From the NCBI GenBank assembly GCA_040285825.1, contig JAUPSS010000010.1:1317038-1381037 (forward strand): 64,000 nt of DNA, read 5' to 3'. This DNA is from Eukaryota sp. TZLM1-RC. Its lineage: Eukaryota; Protista; Metamonada: BaSk clade. This document shows, piece after piece, positions 27,739 to 37,890 of the stretch. The position numbers were made by a program, and so were the translations under genes. Numbering within the stretch: position 1 is the first letter of the stretch; the number at the start of each line of letters is the position of its first letter. Under the pieces are notes generated by a model, which was not told where the DNA came from, ran no database searches, and saw only the letters and a program-made list of their open reading frames with translations.

Positions 27739-29363
27739 CACATCAATAATTCTATTTGAGTTACTATTTTGGTAACCTTTCATTTTCAATATTCCACAAT
27801 CATAATGCTACGACTACCTTTGAACAACAAAAGTTGACCAAAACTCTGAGTGATGTAGACCATTTGAGATATAGGCCTGAATTTTTTCCACGATTTCCAA
27901 CTGATTCGTTCCTAAATATATGGCCCCAGTATTGTTTGCCAATTTCGAGAATAAATTGAAAGTAAATAATGAAAAACATGTCAATCGTTTCATTAATGTC
28001 TATTTTGACACAGTAGGTGTAAAAAATGTGTTAGCAGGCTGCACAAACTGGGTGGGTACATGACGCTGTTGTCCTGCGTAATTTCATTATATAGATATAG
28101 ACCTCGACAATTAAAAAACGGGTTTTTAGTTGATGATAGGGATTACTTGAGTTCTTCATGACTTGCACCTGAAACTATTTCAGACCTTCTTGATGATGAG
28201 TTTTCAAATATGTGTCAAGATCATGATATTATTAACAATGATCTTGAAGATATTTTTTATGGTCTTATAACACCATTTACTTGTCAAATTGAGAATTTTG
28301 TCAGTGATAAAAGTCTGGTTGACATAACATTTCCAGTTGATGTACACTTTCTTGCATCTGCTGTTGAGAAAGATCCTCAAATGCTCTTAAAACCAACAAT
28401 TACGATTGCTCAATATATTGCCAGTAGATAGAGGAAACCTTATCACGTTACCCTTGTATCAAAAAATGTAGGCCCAGGGTATTTTCCAATTGACACAGGA
28501 ACACTATAAACAATTTTCAAACAAACATTGATGGATGATTTGCTGCGTAATCAGAGTTTAAAAATGGTCAATACACAAGCCCAAGTTCATAGATACAAGC
28601 CACCTGAGCAATTTGACTTTTCGGTCTAATATTATCGATTTCAAGCAACAACCAATGTTCAAACAAAAGGTGTACATATTCAAGAACATTATCCACACAG
28701 ATGGATTTAATATTGCAGTAGAGTTTGTGCGTTGGAATTAACAAGGTCAGAATTGTAAGTCAGACAACAAGGCCACTCTTTCTGATTTATATATTGATGA
28801 TGTTGATGTTGATATTTGTCAACATAAACGAATTGTTGTTTGTGATCCTGGAAAACTTGATTTATTGTATTTTGGGAGTAAAAAACCGATCAAGAATTAG
28901 CCGTGTTCTTGAACATAAAACTGAGCAGTAAAGAAGTTGTCGGGTATTAATTAGGGGACACAGAAACTAACACATGATCTTACAGAATGAAACTGACCAA
29001 AGGAGCAAAAATAAAAGTGTAAAAAGAGCGGTAATTCAAACAAAATGGTGAGCAGAGAACTGTGTTAAAGAAGGGAGCAACAATGTTATCTGAAACGTTT
29101 TACTGGAAGAAGGCGGTTAGGATAAAGACAATTATATTTAAACCTATATTATATAAAGCTACTCACTGTTGAGACCCCAACATTAACTTTCCCCTTTCTT
29201 AATTAATGATAATTATTTAAGATTGTTTTTCCACTCTCTTTGTGGATAACACTTTTGCTGAGGCACGCGGAGATCCTGAGCGGAGCTACGAAATTTAAGA
29301 GAATCAAGTTTTCTTTTATTTGGTTTTTATTATATCGTAGATCCCCTTCTGAATGTATGCTAT

Positions 29364-30466
29364 TGATGCCGTTAGGCAGATGAACACACGAAGGAGAGAG
29401 AGAAATCTGTTGTTTATTACTAAAACTGATTCATAAATGAGTATCACGTCATCAGTCGAAATACAAAGAAACCTACTAATTCAATTTGAGTTCAACAACA
29501 ACACTACTTTTTCCCACTTTTCTGAGGACAAATACAGTACTGGCTCAATAGAGGGAAGATATGGGGTTTGTTAAACTCTTTGGTGCATCGTTTGTGTGAC
29601 ACAAATAATTTACCTCATGTTTGATTTTAGATGGACAATCACGGGAGATGTGTCCAGGCTTGTGGCACTTGAAGCACGATTGATTTTTTAAATCCTGAGA
29701 GCGGCAAGAGGACCTCGTTTTAGTGCCAGCCGTACGTTCCACATCATTCACTGAGGTTTTGAAACCACGAGTCCATGAAGCAACCCTAGAGCAGTCCAAC
29801 AGCTCATCAGTAGTGGTTTCGACAAGAGAGTGAAGATCTGGGAATACATCATCTCGAATTCTCGCTAGTAGAGAACGTTGAAGACCTACGGGAAGAATTC
29901 CTCTGGCAAATCGATTCAGAAAAGCTGTGTCTGGTAACTTCAGTCCGGAAGCCCTACTCTTTACCTGGAGGAAACGTCGCAGGTAACAGGACATACGTTC
30001 TCGGACGTCACCAATACGGACATCAAGCTTCAGTTCTGACATAGCCAGACTAAAATCTTCGTACGTGGCGAACGATACGACAGATTGAAGATGTCTAAGA
30101 AGAACATCGTCACTGGAAGAGACGTCGGATTTCTGGAGAGATAGGGACTCTAACAGAAAAGAATCGACCAAGAGTCTTGCTGGAACAAGCTCTTTCTTAG
30201 AAGTCACAGAAGAATAGATCTTCCACTCTTGTAGGAACAAGAGAACACTTTCAACTTTCATGGAAGAAAGAGACGGGAGGTTGACAGAAGGAACAGTCAT
30301 CTGAAATAAGAAGGGCCAATAATTATTGATGCCGTTAGGCAGATGAACACACGAAGGAGAGAGAGAAATCTGTTGTTTATTACTAAAACTGATTCATAAA
30401 TGAGTATCACGTCATCAGTCGAAATACAAAGAAACCTACTAATTCAATTTGAGTTCAACAACAACA
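29364..30466 (-). mobile_element. Gag-only miniature LTR retroelement, copy 1 (1103 bp)
   Basis: Identical 140-bp LTRs at 30327-30466 and 29364-29503 (TG..CA); PPT; TSD CTAT; single gag ORF. Confidence 0.95.
29545..30300 (-). CDS. gag: Gag-like protein with CCHC zinc knuckle (251 aa)
   Basis: Intact ORF; CFKCHKPGHISRDC. Confidence 0.9.
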   Translation of the reverse strand: MTVPSVNLPSLSSMKVESVLLFLQEWKIYSSVTSKKELVPARLLVDSFLLESLSLQKSDVSSSDDVLLRHLQSVVSFATYEDFSLAMSELKLDVRIGDVRERMSCYLRRFLQVKSRASGLKLPDTAFLNRFARGILPVGLQRSLLARIRDDVFPDLHSLVETTTDELLDCSRVASWTRGFKTSVNDVERTAGTKTRSSCRSQDLKNQSCFKCHKPGHISRDCPSKIKHEVNYLCHTNDAPKSLTNPISSLY

Positions 30467-30959
30467 CTATGAAAGAACAGTCATTCAGTATTCGTAGTCT
30501 GTCCACCAAACCACTTCACAGTACAGAAGAGTTTTTGAGCTGAATTATATTCTTCATGGATTTCTTCGTCAACATGATTATCTGAATCAGTGGCTGCAAT
30601 GGCCCTGATTATGGAAGTAGTTTTGAATAAAATCAATTAACCACCATTTATGCGGAAATGTATGTATAACGATCATAGACATGACAAAAATTGTCGCACG
30701 GCAATTGCGAAAACAAAGTTGTCAATTTCTCCAATGTTGTCAGGTAACTTGTCAGTTTAGCATTTCTCTAAGACAATAACAAGAAAGTTTTTTAACATTT
30801 GGCAGCTCCTTTGAAAAGATAATGTGTTAAGTCTGATTGTAAAGAGTTAGAATTGTCGAATGAGTGCAGTTATTGGGTTAGTGTTTGGGAAAGGTGAAAG
30901 TATGCATTATGACTGAGAAAACACAATTTAGACTTTCACAATGTTTTCATTGGGAACAC

Positions 30960-31191
30960 TTCCTTAAAAAAGTATGCTTATATGGATGATGTTGTTCTTA
31001 CAGGTGACTTAACGATTGTCAAAGAAGCAACTTTATGTTGCTCAAAAAATTATTCAGTAAAAATTGCCTCCATGGGAAGATTTATTAATGACAACGCAAA
31101 AATTTACTATTGATGCACTAAATGAAGAAATTTCAAGAATCGATGTAGAAAAATGGAGTCGATGCTTTCTCCAATCATTCAATGGCAATAT
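30960..31191 (+). pseudogene. Old N1 non-LTR copy, 5' piece (continues 46537-47159 and 50500-50875)
   Basis: AYMDDVVL then WEDLLMTTQ..QSFNGN; resumes after Gypsy B at 46537. Confidence 0.8.
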
Positions 31192-31384
31192 TGAGGCCTG
31201 TGACATAATGGTAACAGCAAAAAGGTAAGATAATTTATTGAATTCCACTGGCCCTTATAAAGGCCATCACTAGTGAAGTATCTATGATAATAAATGTACT
31301 AGACTAACTGTCCACACTACAACACTACCTTTTCCCTCTCTTAGATCTCGTACGAGAGCTATCAGAATTAACTGCAGGGGAATT

Positions 31385-31629
31385 TGTTTTACTGTGGACA
31401 ATTAGTCTAGTACATTTGTTATTATTGTTATTACTTAGACTTCACTAGTGATGGCCTTTATAAGGGCCGGTGAATTCAATAAACTAATCCTTACTTTTCT
31501 TAACCGTTATCATATATGGATAAGGCATCATTAATTATCGGCTCGACAGGCCACAATGATAACTCACCTTCCTCACCAAGGAAGAGTATTGTCCCTTCTT
31601 TGAAGGAGAACAATTCCCCTCCACCAACG
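31385..31629 (+). mobile_element. Single-LTR insert of a B-related element (5' LTR 31385-31530 plus ~100 bp internal)
   Basis: Homologous to the B LTR in opposite orientation; flanked by AATT at 31381-31384/31630-31633; removal restores host KTNSPAVNSDSSRTRSKRGKR*. Confidence 0.75.
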
Positions 31630-31828
31630 AATTAGTCTTAGATTTAGAATCGGAATTCATTCTGCGTTTTCTGGTAGTGCGACGACCAAGGGTACGCAAA
31701 TATGATTGGTATGCCTCAGTGCTTTTGATGTCAGCAACTAGGACAAACGATGTCTCGCCGCCATACCAAACTGCGGTGCAATAAGGAATTTTATTATTAT
31801 TCGAGTCTATAAAGTTGAAATCGACTAT

Positions 31829-32928
31829 TGTTGTTGTTGAACTCAAATTGAATTAGTAGGTTTCTTTGTATTTCGACTGATGACGTGATACTCATTTATG
31901 AATCAGTTTTATTAATAAACTCAGATTTCTCTCTCTCCTTCGTGTGTTCATCTGCCTAACGGCATCAATAATTATTGGCCCTTCTTATTTCAGATGACTG
32001 TTCCTTCTGTCAACCTCCCGTCTCTTTCTTCCATGAAAGTTGAAAGTGTTCTCTTGTTCCTACAAGAGTGGAAGATCTATTCTTCTGTGACTTCTAAGAA
32101 AGAGCTTGTTCCAGCAAGACTCTTGGTCGATTCTTTTCTGTTAGAGTCCCTATCTCTCCAGAAATCCGACGTCTCTTCCAGTGACGATGTTCTTCTTAGA
32201 CATCTTCAATCTGTCGTATCGTTCGCCACGTACGAAGATTTTAGTCTGGCTATGTCAGAACTGAAGCTTGATGTCCGTATTGGTGACGTCCGAGAACGTA
32301 TGTCCTGTTACCTGCGACGTTTCCTCCAGGTAAAGAGTAGGGCTTCCGGACTGAAGTTACCAGACACAGCTTTTCTGAATCGATTTGCCAGAGGAATTCT
32401 TCCCGTAGGTCTTCAACGTTCTCTACTAGCGAGAATTCGAGATGATGTATTCCCAGATCTTCACTCTCTTGTCGAAACCACTACTGATGAGCTGTTGGAC
32501 TGCTCTAGGGTTGCTTCATGGACTCGTGGTTTCAAAACCTCAGTGAATGATGTGGAACGTACGGCTGGCACTAAAACGAGGTCCTCTTGGCGCTCTCAGG
32601 ATTTAAAAATCAATCGTGCTTCAAGTGCCACAAGCCTGGACACATCTCCCGCGATTGTCCATCTAAAATCAAACATGAGGTAAATTATTTGTGTCACACA
32701 AACGATGCACCAAAGAGTTTAACAAACCCCATATCTTCCCTCTATTGAGCCAGTACTGTATTTGTCCTCAGAAAAGTGGGAAAAAGTAGTGTTGTTGTTG
32801 AACTCAAATTGAATTAGTAGGTTTCTTTGTATTTCGACTGATGACGTGATACTCATTTATGAATCAGTTTTATTAATAAACTCAGATTTCTCTCTCTCCT
32901 TCGTGTGTTCATCTGCCTAACGGCATCA
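31829..32928 (+). mobile_element. Gag-only miniature LTR retroelement, copy 2 (1100 bp)
   Basis: Identical 139-bp LTRs at 31829-31967 and 32790-32928; TSD CTAT; gag from 31994 with an A5-vs-A6 slip before the zinc knuckle. Confidence 0.95.
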
Positions 32929-33841
32929 CTATAATCTTAATAATTACAGTTTGTTTATCTCCAGCAGCAATGTTCTTGTGCCAATGTATATTTTCCTTGG
33001 GGAAGTCAGAGAAATATAATTTACAATGATTAAAACTTGCCGTGGACATCGAACCAGTGAAAAGATTGTTGAGTATTATACTTTTATTGGATTTCACTTC
33101 TTCAATAAAGAAAGGGCCAGCGAAGCAACCATGGAGTTTACCATTAGTTTTTTATCGCAAAACTAAGTCGCCTCTATTGAAAGGGTTCCTGTGTTTGTTT
33201 ACTTCAGGAAGTTGTTGAGCTTGTCTGAACTCTGTCTCTTCTTTCTTATTTGAAATTCTTTCAAGTTTTGCTTCCAGATCTTTAACAAAAAGTATATCAA
33301 CATCAGCTGATTTTATTAGTTCAAACATATAACTCGGATCAGCTCTAGGGCTGTGATCGCTACCAAACATTAAATTGTAAGGCGAATGACCAGTAACTCT
33401 ACTAACAGTTGAATTAATTTGAAGTTGTACAATTGGAATATATTCACTCTAATTGCAATAATCGCCAGAGTCCACCAAAATCTTTCTTAGACTTTGTAAA
33501 ATGTCTCTGTGTTGTCTTTCTACTAAACCATTGCTTTGTGAAAAACTAGTTAGTGAACGACTTACTTCAATGTTTAATAAATCGCATAACCCTTTGAGTA
33601 ATGCATTTGCAAATTCAATACCATTGTCACTATTGTTGCCTAAAGTCTACTGTAGTAAACAAAAGTCTGATTTATTTTCTATTCATATTATATAAGCCTT
33701 AGGGCGCCAACACTGCTTCTTCGCTGTTTCAAAATAAATCAGCTTATATGAATATGAAATAAAAACTATATACAAATAACGAAATAACTATAATAAATAC
33801 ATATAATCGATATAATATAAATAATCGATATAAACTAAGAA

Positions 33842-36800
33842 TTAGCTCCTCTTCCTAATTCTATTGCTGCGTCTAGGCTTCTTAGAAGGCGTAGACTCAT
33901 TGGAGGTACCTTGTCGTCGACTAATGGTACGTTTTCCAATTTTCTTGTTATCCTTACTAAATAACTTATAAGCTTCTGAGTGTCTAACCGGATGGAGTGG
34001 CTCTTCTGTTGTCTCACCGCCAAACCATTGAACAGTACAGAAACTACCTGAATCAGAGTGGTATTCTGAGAGGATTTTCTCTATAACGTGTTTTTCGGAA
34101 TCGCCTGCAGCGACTGCTTTGAGAAGCTCAATGTCCTGTGGATTTTCTGCGTTATAGATTTTGCAATCTTTCTTGGCAGCTTTTAATTCGGTGCCAGTAG
34201 TAAGATTCTTCAATAATAAAGTGGATTTGGATGGAAGGTCAGTAACTAAGAATGGTCCATTCCAAGATCCATGCAATTTATTATTTTGCTTGGTTTTACG
34301 TAAGACGTAGTCAGCAATATTAAATGCTATAAGACACGAATTAGTATTATCTACTGCAGACGGAGTATTTAATGTTTGGTGACGCTCTGCTTCTTCCCTT
34401 TTTTCTTGTAGACGAGTGTTTTTCATTTTTATGTCATCTAGTAAAGGGATATTAGTTTCAAATTTGGATAAATTTCCTAATATATTAGCAGGGTCTGTTC
34501 TTGGACTAATCGAAGAACCGTACATGAGTTCGTATGGGGTAAAACCAGTTTTTCTGCTTTTAGTGGAATTTATTAACAGTTGGGATATAAGTACGTAGGT
34601 AGACCAATTTCCGTAATCCTTGAAATCTATTAATAGTTTCCTTAAGCATTGGAGAACGTCTCTATGTTTACGTTCTACAAGTCCATTACTTTCTGAATAG
34701 TGGGGAATTGAGTTACTCGTCTCAATCGCTAATCTGTTACACACTATTTTAAAAGTCTCGTTGGCGAACTCAGGTCCATTATCACTATGAATTAACATAG
34801 GTATGCCAAAGATAGCGCAAACATTCCAAAATAAGGCATCTGCGGTTTTTAAGGCATTGAGTTCTTTTAAAGGGACTAAGATTGTATATCCAGTAAAAGA
34901 GTCTACAAATACTAAAAGATATTTAATTTCTTCGTTGTCGGAATTTAGGGGTCCAATTTTGTCGACGTTTAATCTGGCAAAAGGACGATCTGCCCATAAA
35001 GATCCTGTGGAAGGTGTTTTTGATCTTTTAACTGGAGCCGTTTTTTCACAAGTTGGGCATCTTTTGACATGATTAATAAGGTCCTTTCTCATATTGGGCC
35101 AGTAGAAATCGCTTTTGGATAGTTTGTGTAAACTATCGTTTTTGCTAGGGTGACCAGATTGAACCAAACCATGTATTAATAGAAGTGCCTGTTTTCTGAG
35201 GCTCTTTGGAATCAAAATTTTGTTTTTATTATTTTTCCAAATTTGAGTATTTTCATCTAGAATTGCATTTTCAAATAACGAGTCGTTGTTGTTTTTGGCT
35301 ATTTGTTGTTCAGATCTTATCTTAGAGAACCAAGAAGAAAAAATAGGTAGGTCTTGGTGTCTACTTAGAGATGAGATTGATGGGATGTCTTCAAGATCCG
35401 AATCAGAATCATCGTCTAGTGGAGGTATCTCGTAATTTGAAAGTAAAGTATCTGGTATATTTATGCTACAAATAGAAGGAGTTTCCTCGTTTTGATCCAA
35501 ATCAATATTCCTCGATAACATATCTGCCCAATGGTTGTCTTCACCAGGTTCGTGGACTATGTCAAAGTCGAATTCAGATAGTATCGGCAGCCATCTCTTT
35601 ACAATTCTATTTTTCTCTGGGGCTGTAGCCAGGAATGCAATGTTTTTGTGATCGGTGAAAATTGTTAAATGTCCAGTTAACAAGTAGCTTTCTAAACAAC
35701 TTTCAGTTAAAATCAACAGTATTGCATATAATTCTTTTTGTAGGGTGGACCATTTTCTTTGTGTTTCTGTAAGTAATCTACTATAGAATGACAAAGGTTT
35801 CACTTTCCTTTTATTTAGCGGGGTTCCTGCAGAGGAGTAGGGTTCAATTTCTTGCCAAATAACACCTCCTACTGCTACATCTGAAGCGTCAGTACTTATC
35901 AATACTCGCTTGCCCGAAGCTGGTAATTCAAGGGGCATGTGGTTTACTATTAAGTCTTTTATTTGTTTTAAGTAATCGTCATGCTTGCTAGTCCATTTAA
36001 TTATTCTGGGTTTTCCTTTAATTAGCTCGTTAATTGGAGCAATTAATTCAGAAATACCTGGAAGCCAATCTCTAATATAATTTATGGATCCTACCAATGA
36101 GCGAACTTCTTTCACTGTTTTTGGTCTAGGGATTCTCATCAAGGCTTCGATTTTTTTCCTACTTATAAATCTAGTTTTATCCTGGAAGGTACTTCCTAAA
36201 ATGTCGATAGGGTGTTTTGATGTTACGAATTTGCATTTACGTAAGCCTATATTTACACGTCTATTTCTGGCGCATTGGAGGACTCTTTGTAATCTCTTAT
36301 AAAATTCTTCGAATGTCGTTCCAACTATTATGATATCGTCAATGTATATGAAAACGCCATCTATTTGGAAAATTTCCATCATTACGTTTTGAAAAACTGC
36401 TGGGATGTTCTTTAATCCGAAGCAAGCTCTTTTAAACATGATTGACCTTCCAGGAATTGAGATTGATGTTTTCTCAATATCCTTCTCAGCAACTTTCATC
36501 TGCCAGAAAGCTTTTGGTAAATCAAGCGTGGCGATGTAATTTGCTCTACTCAAAAATTCTAATATATCACTAATCCTAGGTAGATTAGGCTCTACTGAAA
36601 TCGTATGGGCATTAACTCCATCTTTACCACTAAAGTCTCCAGTTAACCTGGGTTTCTTGCCGTCAGGATATATAACTAAGACAATAGGAGAGCTGAATTT
36701 ATAATTAGATTCAACTGCATAGCCCATTTCGATCAGTTCATCAAATATTTTGTTTGCTATTTCCATTTTGCTGGGATTTAACCGTCTAGCAGGTTTGTGT

Positions 36801-37890
36801 ACTATAGCATTCTCATCTCTAAAGGGGATTGTTAGAGGATTACAATCGATTCCTTTTCTATTAGGAGTTTCACTAAAAACATCCCTGAATAATTTTAGTA
36901 GACTCGTTAATTTTAATTTATTATTACTATCATCTTAAGTTATCTCACATCCAGATCTTGCTAATTGCTCCTCAAAATCAGAAGGACTTGGTGATTGGTT
37001 ATCTAAGTTTCCAATCGAATGTTGAGCGATCCTAGAGTCGAATTCTGATTTTGCATTTAACAAAGTGCGGTGTTCTTTGTCTAATCTAATGAAAAGACCA
37101 TCATCCGTCTGAAGCCCAAGTGCTTTTAACATGTCTGTCCCTATTAATAATTTGTTCGAACCCGGGATTATGGGAAGAGTATGTGTATAATGAACTTGTT
37201 GCGCAATGCTTCCTACGTTGAACGACAGAATACCAGTTGCACTCCCTAGCGATTTTGTGGATACGTTATTAGCTGGTAAGAACTTAATGGTATCCTTGCT
37301 ATTGATTGACATATGGCATTGTGCAGCTAAATCTGCAGTAATAACTGAACAAAACGCAGCCGAATCTATAGTCGCAATCATTTTAATATCATTAAATGAT
37401 ATCTCCAGTCTTGGAAATGGAGAACGCTGGGACCTGATGTGGTTTTCACTAACCGTAGAATTAATATCAAAAATACTATTGATATCAGAGCTGGTTTGGT
37501 GAATTTGTAGAGGAATTAAAAGATTTTGTTGAGCTGTTGGAAAGTTGTTGACCGGGTTTCCTAAATCGGTTGTTGATTGATTGTGATTGATTGCGTTGAT
37601 ATTTACCCGATTAGGAAAGTTGCCTGTCCTGTTGTTCCGGTTGCTGTTGTTGATCCGTCTGTGAGGAACCGTACTCGAACGGGTCGGTTTTGGCTCAGTA
37701 GGGGATGCGTATGATGATATATCCTCTGTTGTGTTGGTGTTATATATAGGTCTATATTGACCTCTTCCTTTATGTCCTCTAAAACGGCCTCCACGGCCTC
37801 TAAATTTAAATCTATGCACACGTCTACCACGGCCACCTCGGCCCCTTTCTACACTGCCTGTACTAGCAGGCGTCTCCTGATCTCCTAATC
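33842..37890 (-). CDS. pol: Pol polyprotein: protease, RT, RNase H, integrase, chromodomain-like (one in-frame TAA at 36935-36937)
   Basis: ATIDSAA; LDLPKAFWQ, YIDD; TDASD, KELYAI, FTDH; GHP..CPTC, IHSDNG, VERKH; FCTVQWFGG; protease and RT ORFs are in one frame. Confidence 0.9.

Larger units (their letters stand above)
28938..30615 (-). mobile_element. 3' remnant of another Gypsy element (family C)
   Basis: IRAIAATDSD..FCTVKWFGG chromodomain-like tail at 30490-30610; PPT AAGAAAGGGGAAAG; probable LTR TGTTGGGG..ACCCGACA at 28938-29182. Confidence 0.6.

Noticed and set aside
27739-27789. Upstream start of the 1479-aa ORF
   Set aside because: Paralogue alignment and the signal peptide place the start at ATG 27738
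28020-28930. Short ORFs upstream of paralogue 1
   Set aside because: No recognisable motif and interrupted by stops; cannot be supported as a gene
36935-36937. In-frame TAA in pol (and TGA at 47614) as stop-codon reassignment or readthrough
   Set aside because: ORFs of 2000-3300 codons are open in the standard code and TAA, TAG and TGA all end plausible ORFs; single nonsense mutations are simpler
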